A stretch of 64,000 nucleotides of DNA from the human T2T-CHM13v2.0 reference genome, Homo sapiens. Below are positions 47,093-61,945 of this stretch, in pieces (positions within the stretch are counted from its first letter, which is position 1; every line of letters starts with the position of its first letter). Where the stretch lies: NCBI RefSeq assembly GCF_009914755.1, contig NC_060947.1. The stretch is one strand, 5' to 3'. The translations under genes were made by a program, and so were the position numbers. Under the pieces are notes generated by a model. That model was not told the DNA's origin. It saw only the letters and a list, made by a program, of their open reading frames with translations, and did no database searches.

Positions 47093-50000
47093 ACATTGTA
47101 ATTGAGGTTTTTAAATTACTCATATCTTGAATAGAAATACTAAAAGATAAGCTGAACAAAAATAAAAACCACAACAACTTTGCAAGAAACAGACAGTACA
47201 AAAGGATATAAATAGAAAAAACAAAATGTAAAAAATGGGGGATAATGTTAAAATGCAAATTTTATTAATTTTCTTTTTTCCAGTTGATTAGTTTGTTTAT
47301 GCAAATAATGTTACCTTGTCAGCAGTTTAAAATAATTGGTTAAAGGTTATTGTTTGCAAACCTCTTGGTAACCTCAAGTCAAACAAAATACAAGGGTCAC
47401 ACAAAAAATAAAAGTAAAGAAAATCATATCACCTTACAAAGTCACCTTTACTCAAAAGAAGACAGGAAGGAAGGACAGTAGGAAGAGGAGACCACAAAAT
47501 AATCAGAAAACAAATAACAAAATTGCAAGAGTAATTTTGTACTTATCAACAATAACATTGAATACAAGTGGGCTAAACTCTCTAAGCAAAAGACATAGAG
47601 TAACAGAATGGTTTAGGAAAACAAGAACCAATGATCTGCCTTCAGGAAACACACTTTCTCAAAAAAAGACACAAACAGAATAAAAAGAAAGGCATAAAAA
47701 ATTCCATGCAAATGGGAACCAGAAAAGATCAAAAGCAGCAATACTTAGACACAATAGATTTCAAGACAAAAACTGTAAAAAAGACAAATGACATCATTTT
47801 ATGATGATAAAGGGGTCATAATTTTATCAAGAGGATATAGCAATTTTAAATACAAATGCACCCAGCACTGGAGCACATAGACATATAAAGCAAACATTAT
47901 TGGAGCTAAAGAGAGATAGACTCCCAGACAATATAGCTGAAGACTTCAACGCTTCAGTTTCAGCATTGGACAGATAAACTAGACAGAAAATCAACAAAAA
48001 GACAGTTGACTTAATCTGCAAGATAAACCAAATGAACCTAATAAATATTTATGTTATATTTAATCCAATGGCTGCAAAATACGCATTCTTCTCCTCAGCA
48101 CATGGATCATTGTCAAAGGTAGACTATATTTTAGGATACAAAACAAGACTTTAAAAAATCAAAACATTAAAATAATATCAAGTATTTTCTCTGAACTCAA
48201 TAGAATAAAAATATAAATCAACAATGAGAAGAATTTTGAAAACTATAGAAACACATGGAATTTAAAGAATATGTTCCCGAATGTCAAATGCATCAATTAA
48301 GAAATTAAGAAGAAAGTTTTTAAAATTTGTGAAGCAAATGATGATGGAAAAACAATATACAAAAAGGTATGGGATACAGCAAAAGCAGTACTAAGAGGGA
48401 AATTTATGGCTACAATCACCTATATCAAAAAAGTATTAAAAAAACCTTCAAATAAACAACTTAATGATGCATCTTAAAAAAACTACAAAAGCAAGAATAA
48501 ACCAAACCAAAATTAGCAGGAAAGAAATAATAAAGATCAGAGCAGAATCAAATTTATTGAAATAAAGAAAATAATACAAACAATGAAATGAAAATCTGTT
48601 TTTTTGAAAAGATAAACACAATTCACAAACTTTAGTCAGACTAGCAACAACAAACAGGACAAGACTCAAATAAATAAAATCAGAGATGAAACAGGATACA
48701 TTACAAATGATACTACAGGAATTAAAAGATGATTTAAAGGCTACTATGAGCAACTACATGGCAATAAATTTGAAAACATAAACAAAATGGATAAATTCTT
48801 AGACACATGCAACCCACCGTGATTGAACCAGGAAGAAATCCAACATCTGAGCAGACCAATAACAAGCAATGACATCAAAGCCATTATAAAATGTTTCCCA
48901 GCAAAGAAAAGCCCATAACCTGATTGCTTCACTGCTGAATTTTACCAAACATTTTAAGAAAAAACAATAGCAATCCTATCCAAATTATTCTGAAAAATAT
49001 AGGAGGAGGGAATACTTCCAAACAAATCACCAAGAACAGTATTAACAGCACTGAGTTCAAAACCAGACAAAGACACATTAAAAAAACACTACAGGCTAAT
49101 ATCAGTATCAATCAAGATTGATGTAAAAATCCTCAACAAAATACAATAAACTGAATTCAAGAACACATGAAAAATATCATTAATCGTGACCACATAGGAT
49201 TTATTCCTGGGATGCAAGGATGGTTTAACATATGCAAATCAATCAGTGTCATACATCATATCAGTAGGCGAAGAATAAAAATGGTATGATCATTTCAGTT
49301 GATTCTGAGAAAGCATCCGATAAAATTCAACATCCCTTCGTGATAAAAATTGTCAAAAAACTGGGTGTGGAAAGAGCATACCTCAACATACTAAAAGTCA
49401 CGTATGTCAGAACCACAGCTAGCATCATATTGAATGAGGCAAAACTGAAACCCTTTCCGCTAAGCTCTGGAACACAATAAGGAGCCCCACTTTTAACACT
49501 GTTATTTAGCATAGTATTGGAAGTCCTAGCTAGAGCAATGTGACAAGTAAAATAAATAAGGGGCATCCAAATTGAAAAGGAAGAAATCAAATTATCCTTG
49601 ATTGCAGATGATATGATCTTAGATTTGGAAAAACCTGAAAACGTCATCAGGAGACTATTAGAACTGATAAACAAATTTAGTAACGTTTCTGGATATTAGA
49701 TCAACATACAAAAATAAGTAGCATTTCTATATGCCAACAGTGAACAATCTGAAAAATAAATAAAAACTAATAATCCCATGAAACAGTAGCCACACAGTAA
49801 ATTAAATACCTAAAAATTAAATTAACCAAGATGTGAAGGATTTCTATAAGAAACACTGCAAAACACTGATGAAAAAAGTTGAAGAGGACCCCAATAAACA
49901 AATATATATTCCATTTTATGGACTGGAAGAAAAAAGTGTTGTTTAGATGTCAATATTACCAAAAGCATTCTATACATTCAATGCAGTCCCTATTAAAATA

Positions 50001-53000
50001 CGAATTACATTATTCTCATAAATGGAAAAAAATTCAAAACCTATATGGATCCCCAAAAAGACCCAGAATAGCCAAAGCTATGCTAAGCAAAAAGAACAAA
50101 ACTGGAAAAATTCACATTACCTTACCTCAAGTTGTACTACTATGGTAAACAAAATAGCATGGTACTAGCATAAAACGAGACACATAGACCGATGAAACAG
50201 AATAGAGAACCCAGAAACAAATGCAAACACCTACAGTGAACTCAAGTTTTGACAAAGATGCCAAGAACATACAGTGGGGGAAATATAGTCTCTTCAATAA
50301 ATGGTGCTGGGAAAACTGGATATCCATATACAGAAGAATGAAACCAGACCCCCATCTCTTGCCATACACAAAAATCAAATCAAAATGGATTAAAGACTAA
50401 AATCTAAGACCTCAAACTATGAAACCAGAATATACAAGGATCTCAAACTACTCTATAGGGAAAAAAAATCTAATGAGCCAATGAAAAATTAAAAGTAGGC
50501 GAAATTAAAAATAGGCAAAACAATGAATAGATATTTCTCAAAAGAAGACATACAAATTGGCAAACAGGCATGTGAAAATGTGCTCAACATCTGTGATCAT
50601 CAGAGAAATGCAAATCAACTACAATGATATATCATCTCACCCCAGTCAAAATGGCTTATATCCAAAAGACAGGCAATGACAAATGCTGGCAAGGATGTGG
50701 AGAAAAGGGAACCCTCATACACTGTTGGTGGGAATGAAAGTTAGTACAACCAATCTGGAGAATAGTTTGGAGGTTCCTCAAAAAACTAAAAATGGAGGTA
50801 CCATATGGTCCATCAAACCCACTGCTGGGTATGTGCCCAAAAGAAAGAAAATCAGTATAGCAAAAAGCTATCTGCACTCCCATGTTTGTTGCAGCACAGT
50901 TCTCAAAAGCCAAGATTAAGGAGCAACCTAGCCAAGATTAAGAAACAACCTAAGTGTCCATCAACAGACAAATGGATGATGTAAATGTGGTACTTTTACG
51001 CAATGCAGTACAATTCAGCCATCAAAAAGAATGAGATCCTGTCATTTCCACGAACATGGATGGAACTGAATGTCATGATGTTAAGGGAAATATGCCAGGC
51101 ACAGAAAGATAAACATTGCATGATCTCACTTATTTCTGGGACCTAAAAATCAAAACAATTAACTCATGGAGACAGAGAATAGAAGGCTCATTACCAGAGG
51201 CTGGGAAGTGTAGTGAGTTGGTTGGAGGGAAAGGGGGATGCTTAATGGGTATAAATACTATTTATAAAGAATTAATAAGACCGAGTATTTGATAGGACAA
51301 CAGGGTGACTACAGTCAATGATAATTTTATTGTACATTTTAAAAATAACTAAAAAAGTGTTATTGGAATATTTGTAAGACAAAGGATACTGGAGGGGATG
51401 GATACTCCATTTACCCTAATGTGATTATTACACATTATATGCCTGTATCAAAATATCTCATCTACCTCATAAGCATATATCCCTACCTTGTAGGCATATA
51501 TTAAATAAAAACAAATTACATAAATAAGATTAAATAAAAACAAATTACAAAATTCCTATATACCTAAAAAAACCAAGAACAAAGTTTAAAGAAAAACAAC
51601 AACTAGGCTAATGTATATAACCTATGACAGTTTAAAGATAAATTATTTTAATGCATGCAGAAAGCCTACAAAACAATGAGAAAAATGAGAAAGAAACAGG
51701 GAAATGGGAAAGAAAAAAATGGGAAAGAAAAAAATGGGAAGAGAAACATTTCAGACAAAAATGCAAATGGTCACTAAACATATGAAAAAAGTTTCACTTC
51801 ACTATAAATTAAAAATATAAGATGCCTTTTAAAAATCTATTGCACTTTCAAAGCATTTAAAAATTGATCAAATAATATATATTGTCAAGTGTGGAAAGAA
51901 GCAGAAATTCATTGTTGGTGGGAGAGCAAATTGGTAAGAGTTTTAGGGAGAGCGATTATCTTAATCTACATTTATTATATCATCTTAAATTAATAGTTGT
52001 ACATGTTAACACAGTAGGATATTTATTTTATTGCAATTTATAAAATATAGAAAATAAACTCTTTCAATGGCAGTAAGTTTTGTAAATTGTAGCATGGATA
52101 TAAAATTAAAAAATCCAGATATTCAAAATATTTATGTAACTCTTCATTTTCACACTAGAGATAGCTATATATACACACATACGTAATAAGAGAATGTGAC
52201 AAGATGTTAACAATGTTTATCTCTTTCATTGACTGACTTTTTAAAACAATGATAACATATTACTTTCATCAGAAATAAAGCTATTTCTATTTCAAAATAT
52301 AATTTATGTTTTTCAAACCAACTGATCTTTAATAATACTGTTTATGCAGCAGTGTTGAAGGAGCTTTCATACACAAGTCATTTTTGCTTCATAGTTGTTC
52401 CATAAGTTGACTCTGGCAGGAATGATCGTTAGTCTCATTTTACAGAAGGAATCATTTCCCAGGGAAATCATTCTATTTGACTTTTATGTGAACCACACTG
52501 TGACAAGAGAAAAGATAGGTAAATACATGACATTATGGTTGAATTTTCTTCTTTGATGCTTGAGATGAGATGTTAGGGATGTTTAGCAAATAACACAGTC
52601 TTCTATGTAGTAATCAGGAGTTTTCACTCTGGCAGAATTCAACTCCCATTTGACCAAGGCACTCTTTTATTCTAATATTAAACTTGTGTTTATTTAAAGT
52701 AAAATCTGACATCGAAGTTTGAGTAAATTTCCATGAATTCATCCAAACATTAGTTGAAAGCTACACTATAATACAAATATGCACTTTCTCCATCATCTTG
52801 GTATATTGATTTAAGTACTCAATAAATATGCATAATTTACATTTCTAAAGCTTAATAAATTTAGTTAAAATCAGAATGATTTGAGGTAAATGTAATTTCC
52901 ATTTCTTATTGTTAGTTCCATGTCAGGTCACACATTAATTCAGTAAAATGGTCAGTGAGCAGAAAATTTATCATCCAGACTGTCTAAAATATGCTATTTA

Positions 53001-53477
53001 TATTAATGACTTAATAATATTTAATTAAGTCTTCTCATGCCCCAGACAAAAGTCAAGTTCCATTTTAAAAAGATTAAAAAATTGAAAATTACCAGAGAAA
53101 GTAAATAGGAAATTGAAAATATACTAAATTTAAACCAATATAAAATTTACTTTAATCTGAAATGTAAAAGAAAGCCACACCACAGCTAAATCACACAAGA
53201 ACACAAAGGCAAATGAGTGATCAGAATAAAATTTCACATAGATATGTGTCTAATTTTTTCTTTCCTATCTACAACCTACTTTAATAGGTATTTTACATTT
53301 TAAAATTATGTAAAATGTTCAATGAAGTATATTTCAAGGTAAACTTTTACTATTTTTGTAGAAAAATAGTGATAGAACTACTCTTCCTTCTGTATATATT
53401 ATGTACTTTCCCCCTTTTTTTATTTTTTGGTCTCAAAGAAACACTAATACTGAAAAAGATCACAGGTGTTAAAAGAC

Positions 53478-55471
53478 TAGACCTAGTCACATCCCAAAGG
53501 CCCCATCTCCAAATACAATCACAGTGGGGATGAAGTTTCAACATATTACTTTTGGGGAGAAACAAATATTCAGTCTATAACATTCCACACCTGACTTCCA
53601 AAAATTTATGTACTTCTTGAACGCAAAATATATTCATTTCATTTCAATAGCCCCAAAGTTCTTAACTTGCTCCAGCACCAGCTTTAAGGTCTAATGTCAA
53701 AGTTTCATTTAAATCTAGATAAAACTCAAGGTAATATTCCTCCTGAGGCAAAATTCTGCTCCAGTTGTGAACCTGTGAAATAAAATGAGACATGTGCTTC
53801 CAAAAATACATGGTGGTGCAGGCATAGGATAGCCATTTTCATTCCAAACAGGCGAAACAGGAAATAAGGAAGGAGTGACAAATCCTGAGCAAGTCCAAAA
53901 CCCAATAGGGCAAATTCCACTGGACCTTAAGATTTGAAAATAATTATCTTTGACTTGATGTTCTGCCCTTCGGGCCCACTGGGACATAGGTCCCAATTTT
54001 CAGACACCCTGAAGGGACAGACCTGAAATAATAACTTCCATATCTACTGGGGTAGTGGTTCTTTTGCCACAGCTTTGCTGGGCCTCCAAGGTTCTGAGCT
54101 ACCCTGTCTCCAAGGCTTTGGGTAGCTCCATCCCACAGCTTGTCTAAATGGCCCCACAGAAGCTGTCTGTCTCAGCTCTGTTCCAACAGCTCTGCAGGAA
54201 TTTGGTTCTATACTTTGAAATCTAGTTGGAGGCGGCTTGCCTCATGACTCATGGATTCTGCATGCTGATGGAGATAGCATCATGTGGACACAGCCAAAGC
54301 TGGCTGCCTGTGTCCCCATCAGGGGAGGCCACTGCAGCCCACAATGCACAGCAGGCCCCTGTAACAACAGCAGGGGCAGCCAAAGAGTGTGGCACCAGAG
54401 GATGTGAAGCAGAGCCTATGATGAGAGGCAGCACTGGGCAGCTGGGCAGCACATGCACACCAAGGTCCCACAGGCACCAGCAGCCCCTCCTTTGCATTCA
54501 TCCATTACCTTGATGAATAGCTCTTGGATTCTGTTGAGATAAGTGACTAATCTCAAACAAATAAAAAATAATATTAATAAAATCTCAAATAATAATAAAA
54601 TCTCAATAATAATAAATCTGAATAAAGTCTAAATGATAAATGATAATAAATACTAAAATCTCAATAAGCAAATCTCAATGAAGTAAAAAAATAAAATCAA
54701 ACGGGTGTTTGCCACACTCTGAGCGTTTTCTCCTAAACAGGATTTCCTATTCTTTAAAATATGCATAAGCTAATTTTCCCCAAAATCTTTAATTTCTATT
54801 TCTTTTCTGATTAACAGTTCTGTCTTTAAATTATTTCTATCTCACATTTTACTACAAGCAGTATGGAGAGAAACGAGGCTCCTTCTTCTACACTTTGCTT
54901 AAAAATTGTTTTAGCTAAATATCCAATTGCATTACTCACAAGTTCAACTTTCCACAAACCACTAAGATACATACACAGTCTAGGCAAGTTCTTTATAAAA
55001 ACGATTGTATTTCCTCCATTTCACAATAACATGTTCCTCATTTCCATCTGAACTTTCACCAGAATTTATCTTACTGTTTCATTCATAGTAATGTAGTCTC
55101 TTTCTAGCATGTACCTCAAAACTCTGCCAGGATCTATTCATTGCTCAATTCTAAAGCTGCTCTCACATTTGTAGGTAATTGCTATAACAGCATTCTCATT
55201 ACCAATTTTCTGTCTTAGTCTATTTGGACAGCTATAACAAAAATACTAGACTAGGTGACTTATAAAAAAACATAAATTTATTTCTCATAGTTATGGAGAT
55301 TGGGATGTCCAAGATCGAGGCATTAGTATATGAACATTAATCCCATTCATGAGAGCTCTTCCTGCATGTGCTAATCGCCTTCCAAAAGCAGCACCTCCAA
55401 ATACCATCACATTGGACATTAGGTTTCAACATATGAATTTTGAGGGGAACACAAATATTCAGTCTATAGTA
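53478..55471 (-). mobile_element. MLT1A-type element: partial LTR (to 53582), internal region, internally deleted LTR (55211-55471)
   Basis: Both LTRs end caaatattcagtctata; tgtcttagtc boundary; MaLR-int between them. Confidence 0.78.
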
Positions 55472-56338
55472 GGATTAGAGGAATTAAAATGTCACTACTC
55501 AAATTTCAATGCTTAACTGGAAGTTTTCATTTGAATTTTAGAACAGTAATATATTATGACCAGTATGTATCTCTCCATCTTTACCTTTCCAATGTGTACT
55601 CTGACAAAAGTTCATTCGTTGAATTAATTGTTGAGTTTGGAATAATTTTGATTGATTGATTGATTGATTGCATGTTGTCAAATTATGCATGAAACATCTA
55701 AAACTATCATTTCTAGTGATATCAAAATATGTCAGTTTTTAATGACTTCAATTTATTATTTATATTTTATTAAGACAGAATTAAGAAACCTACAAACCCA
55801 ACATTTCTGTCTCTTCAAGTGTATTTAAATGTATGTGTAGTTCAATCTTCCTATACATCTATGATTGATAACATCATTTTAAAGATTAACCTTTATTTTA
55901 TTACTTAATTATTCAATATACTAAATGTCCTTAAAATTAACAGCATATCCAATGCTGAACTAAAAAGAAATTATATAATCTGACAACAAAGAACTAGAGA
56001 AGATTTTGATTTATTATGTTTATCTGCATTTTCACTTTGACTCTTCCTAAATATTCTGTCTTAATATACCATACAAAGGTGTAGAGCAACTTAGCATAAC
56101 TTAAAAAAGAACTTGTATTTCACTGTGCTCTATACCTATTACTACATGCTCATTTTAGTTTTCTTTCATAAGCCATATTTTTAAAAGTTAGGACCTGTAT
56201 TTCAAAATAAACTTAATCATATCAGAAGGTATTCAATATTTCAAAATGGTCACTTGTTTCCTTTTATTCTGAAATCTTTGGAATGCACACTGTTCATTGA
56301 TGTAATTTTATATTGATTTTTGTAACAAAATAATTTTA

Positions 56339-56650
<312 letters not shown>

Positions 56651-56669
56651 AATTTTAGGTACTATTATC

Positions 56670-57010
56670 TCCTGACTGTATACCACCCCCTGAAATGCCT
56701 ATGTTGAAGCCCTGACCCACAATGTGACCATAACTGGAGACAGAATTTTTAAGAAGGTCATTAAAATTACACAAGATTATAGGCGTGGGCCCTAAATCCA
56801 ACAGCACTGGAGAAAGAGACAATAAAACAATCTCTCCAAGCACACACCTGGAAGGCATCCTGAACGCTAGGAAGAGAATGCTAACCCCAATAAAATGTAC
56901 TGACACATGGCTCTTGGACATAAAGTCCCCAGAACTGTGAGAGAATAAATTTCTGTAGGTTAAGCCATCTAATCTGTGATATCCTGTTACCCCAGTCCAA
57001 GCTATTACAA
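56670..57010 (+). mobile_element. MLT1B-like LTR
   Basis: tatgttgaagccctgacccacaatgtg...ccagaactgtgagagaataaatttctg...taagcca. Confidence 0.7.
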
Positions 57011-57449
57011 GTATTGATTATCAATATCCTGGGAATTTTGTACAAACCAGACATTTAAAATGTTTCCTGCACAGCATGTGTTCTATGTATACAAGTTACT
57101 TATTACACAACAAATTTTGTAAATTTCTGTACAAGATTATATGATTATACTACATGGGTTTATGCAGCATAATATAAATAAATCTTATGTTACCAGTTCA
57201 AATGTACAGAACCAAAGAATATGATTTACATAGCTTTTGATGAAGAAAAATCACTCTTCCTTCAGAATGAATTTGGTAATAAAAATGAAATAATATTCCA
57301 CTAAGCATTTACACTAAAACAAAAAATAAAAAGGAGATATTATAATCAATTTTTGGATAAACTAAATATTTTTTCATTGATTCTAATCTGCAGATGCTTT
57401 AATTTCTGACTGTTAGTAACTCAAGCAAGATTGTCTCAATTAATATTTC

Positions 57450-57655
57450 ATCAACTTACTATAATAGTGTGGTTACCTTGGTAATTTACTCAAATTCTCT
57501 TTCTTCAGTTTCCTCATCTGCAAAATCAGAATAATAATAATTTCTATCTCATAGGGTTGTTATAATGAGTAAATGAGTATATATAAAACATTATAAGAAT
57601 CCCCATTACATAGTTAACGCTAACATTGTTATAATTGTTTTGATGATTATTATTA
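57450..57655 (+). mobile_element. MIR
   Basis: Core cagtttcctcatctgcaaaat...ataataatttctatctcatagggttgtt. Confidence 0.8.
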
Positions 57656-57942
57656 TTCAAATGATAATACATTTATGGAAATAAGGATAAAGAACTACAG
57701 TGTATGAAAGTGCGACACACAAACAGAAATAAAGCAAGCTTTTGTAGTGTCTTATATATAATGGTCATTCAGTAAAGTCTGTGAAGCTAAAGAATACTAG
57801 GAGATTGGAGTATAAGCCTGTGAGCTGCCTGGTTAGGGAAAATTTTTAGGTAAATTAGAGGTAATCAGGTGTGGAGAAACTACTCTTCAATGAATATTAA
57901 TCACACATTGTGAAGTCAGATTGATTCATACATGTTTTAGAT

Positions 57943-58112
57943 GAGTGGTTTCCAACTCTTGCTATACAAGGAAGTAACCTGGAGAGCTTAAAACATACTG
58001 GAGCCTGGGTTTTACCCTTTGATTTTCTGGTCATGTATAAACCTCAAGCACTATTTTTCTTTTCTAGATCCACTACGTGATTATAATAAGCTGCCAGGAT
58101 GAAAATCCACTC
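57943..58112. mobile_element. MER5-family hAT MITE (MER5A1/B-like)
   Basis: Termini agtggtttccaa...aaaatccact; acctggagagcttaaaacatactg. Confidence 0.6.
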
Positions 58113-58121
58113 TTTTAATGG

Positions 58122-58309
58122 CAGTGGTTTTTGAACTGTAGTTCCCAGACCAGCAGCATCAGAATAATCTGGGAACCTGTTTGAAATGCAAATTATTGGG
58201 CCTCACTCCAGAACTGCTGAATCAGTAACTCTGGGTGTTGGGTCACTGACATGTGGTTTACCGAGTGCTCCTGGTGCTTCTGGTACACACTAACATCTCA
58301 TAACCACTC
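58122..58309. mobile_element. MER5A
   Basis: TIRs cagtggtt...aaccact; ccagaccagcagcatcag...gaaatgcaaatt...tgaatcag; ~188 bp. Confidence 0.82.
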
Positions 58310-59349
58310 TTTTAGCATTAAAAAGTAAAATGCTTGGCCTCTTTAAGAAGAAATTGGCCTAAAAACACATAAATTTAAGTGTAAGCCTGATAATAAAAGA
58401 TAAATAAAGCAAGCATGAAAAATCAGTAAAGATATAAAATTCAAAATTCAGTAAACAAGCATAATCAGCTTAATCTAATATTTATACATTCCAGAAAAGA
58501 ATAGCCGTTATTTACAAGTACATATACATACACCATTTTTAAATGCAATTTTCGAAAGTTTCCAAAAAAAAAATTACACAGATTACATTATCTGACCACA
58601 TCTTAACAAATTAGAAATCAAAAACTAAAAGATAACAATAATGATGACTCCAATTTTCTTGTCTTAATATTATAAAATTTAGACTTTTTAGTAAAATGCA
58701 TCATTTTAGAATTGTATAGTTTATAATATTTATTTTTATGTTATATGTATTATAATATAGTTTTATGTATATAATAGAGTTGTAAGTCATATATGATACA
58801 GTTATAGGAAATGCTTAGCAATTAAATTATATCTAGAGCTTATTTTTAAAGGAATTAAAGAGCAATATTAAAATATTCTGTTAAGTTTCTAAGAACACAT
58901 TGAATATGGCAAGATATTCCATTTCAATGACTTTTCTTCTTATTAGCTAAAATGAAATATTATTTAGAGATTAGCAAAATGTATTTTAGAAAGAATGCAT
59001 TATATGTATAGTTAGGAAAAACCTTGTGGCATATAAGCAGTGTCTTAGCATAAATAAATGACAGATTTTGCTGTACTAAAGTTTATAGTATTTTAGCATA
59101 TGCTTTAATTCTCTACTAGTTTAGAATGCAAAGGGTTCATGTTTTCTGAATGGTACTTTGAAATGAGCAGTATTCAAAGTATTCAAGGGCTAGGACTTGT
59201 GGCTAAAGACATCAGTAATGAATGTTAATACTATGATTATCAATTTAAAAGTGTTTATTTTTTAATAATAAGAATTATACTTATTTTTCCTTAGGAATAA
59301 AACTGACATATTCTTTGCTACTCAAGACTGCACATCCAATAAAGCTCAA

Positions 59350-60065
59350 ATTCATTAATTCAACAAGCATTTATTGAGCACTTACTCTGTGCCAAGCACT
59401 CTTATAGGCACTGTTGGTACAGCAGTGAGCAAGCCAGATTGGCTTTCCAGAAACTTACATTCTAGTGGAAAAGACCAACATTATGCAAGTAATTAAATGA
59501 ATACATTAATTACAGTGTGATAATGTACTCCAAAGGATATGAACAGAGTTCTATGATAAAGAGATTTAGGGTCAGGTGATGGTGTTTTCTGGAGAGGATT
59601 GTTAAAGCAGGCATCTGTGGGTAGGTGGTATTTGAACTGAGAAGTGAATAGAAGTTCAATCATGTAAAGCTATAAGAAAATTGTTTCAGGCTGAGGAAAG
59701 AGCATTTGCTAAGACTATAAGCACTTAGCCTATTATGTTTAAGGAACTGAAAGAGGCATATGTATCAGAAACAGGGAGAATGATAGAAGTAGAAGACTGG
59801 GGGACAGTTCCTCTAGGAATTTATAGGCTATGATAAAGAATTAAGGTTTTATTCTAAATGCAATGGAATGCAGAGGAGTGACATTTATTCCTTTTTTCCT
59901 CAGATACTGTAATGAAATGACATTTCAAATATAAATCAGATAAAGGGGACCAGCATGTTAAGCACAGACCAACTAGAAGATTACTGTTGTAGTCTAGATG
60001 AGAAATGAGAATGTATTGGTCCGGACAATAATTTACACATTTGTTAATATAGTATCTAAGGTAGA
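59350..60065 (-). mobile_element. L2 3' portion
   Basis: ttcattaattcaacaagcatttattgagcacttactctgtgcca is the reverse complement of the L2 3' end. Confidence 0.8.
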
Positions 60066-60981
60066 ACAAAACTTATAAAATAAATCTTGTATTTATAAAT
60101 ATTTAACTAAAAGAGGAGACAAATGCCCAGATGATTCAGAGACCTCCCAAAATCAACCCAGAAAGTTAATGGCTGATTTAAGACTAAAGTCCACATACCG
60201 TGGATGTTTTAACAATTGTATTCTCTTTTTATATTCTCTTTACAAATCACAACAATTCCTAAGTGAGTGAACACATAATTTCAGTACAATCATATTTTAG
60301 CATGTGGACTTTATGAATGTACAGAAAAAATGTTACCTATTAAACATATTTAATACATTCAGTAATCTAGACTGTAAGCAAGTGAAAGGTAATAGTCCTT
60401 TTTCCCTTTTTCATATATATTATATATAGAAAAATAAATCAAATTTTCAATGGAAGTCATTACTGTGTAATTCAGTACTTTTGCTACCTTACCTGAAATA
60501 TCAGCAACAGTTAGTTCAGAATTAGTGCGGTTGGTTCTATTCACATTGAAGAGAGCCAGTATACTTGAAAATTAATTGTAACTCAAAAAGAAGATACTGA
60601 GTTCTTATTATTAAATCATATCCTCCCCATAATCTAGTCAGAGAAAATAGAACTTAGTATTTTATGACTTGAATTAAAAGAATAAAAGCAATGTGACAAT
60701 GAAATAATATTTGGACACTATTATATAATAGACCACTAAGCTATTATTTATTTTACATGCAAATAATCTTTGTTCTTATCACTCAAGAGTATATATATTC
60801 TCCAAAATAAAATCATTATTTTTCAATTTTTTTCATAAAGACAGTTTAAAACAAAAATAATTAACATTGCAAAGAAGATTTTCATTACCACTTCTCAACT
60901 CTGTAATCTGCTTATTTGTGTATTGATAAATTATTTCATTTGTCTTTAAAAAATCTAATATCTTTAGAAGCTTCTTCCTTA

Positions 60982-61232
60982 AATTTTTAATTTTTATGGG
61001 CACATAGTAGGTGTATATATTGTGTCACAAACAATCCAATTTTACTCTTTTAATTATTTTAAAATGTACAATTAAATTACTATTGACTATAGTCAACTTG
61101 TTGTTCTATTAAATAGTAGGTACTATTTATTCTTTCTATTTTTTTTCTACCATTAGCCATCCCCACCTCCCCCAACTTCACCCCCACTACCCTTCCCAGC
61201 CTCTGGTAACCATACTTATACTCTGTATGTCA
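60982..61232 (-). mobile_element. L1MA 3' end fragment
   Basis: tttatgggcacatagtaggtgtatatat...ttgactatagtca...cccttcccagcctctggtaacca. Confidence 0.8.
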
Positions 61233-61945
61233 AAACAACTTACTTATTTATTGAGACCTTCACCTCTCACCAGGGAAGTGAGAAATAAAAACAACAAACT
61301 GTGAGTTAGAGTCTGTTTGCAGGTATTCAGATCAATCCTTTTCAGTAGCATGAGTGATCATCCATGGCCAGGTGCTTGCCATGCAAGGCCACTTACCCAA
61401 ATAATTATTCCATGAGATCAAGAATTATTAATACAGCCAAGAATGATCTAGTCAATCATTTAAATTTTCAGAGTCAAAATTATCTTTTATTATGTATTGT
61501 TAAAATGCATTTTAAAATGATGTAGAATTTGCAGAAGATAAAAATAAGACATCTTCATTGATGAGTAAACTCTACATCATTATTCTACACAACATATACA
61601 TTTCTATGCAGAACTGGTTCTACTGGCAGAGTATTCAAACAAATGAAATGTTATCACCTAACTTTTGAAGTATTCCCATTTCACTCTGAAGGTGCTCTGC
61701 TAGCCCTATCCAAACCCATCCTTATGAATTAACTACAAATATATTTGTGTAAAGATATATTTTATAATGTTTACAAATGACTAGTATCAAATTATAACTT
61801 TTAGTATTAAAACCATTTTCAATAATTAAAAAATAAAACTGCATTTCTTATTTCTAAAAAAAAAAATCAAACCATAGATTTCTTAGTATCGCCTCACTAA
61901 GATATCTTTAAAAAAAATCACGTTGTCAAATTTTTGTTTAAGTGC

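Noticed and set aside
54548-54700. Repeated aatctcaa(a)taataa units inside MLT1 internal region
   Set aside because: Degenerate AT-rich slippage expansion with no spacer structure
60359-60600. Possible minus-strand exon with donor cag/gtaagg at 60487-60495
   Set aside because: A single splice motif is expected by chance in 64 kb; no recognisable protein similarity or partner exons
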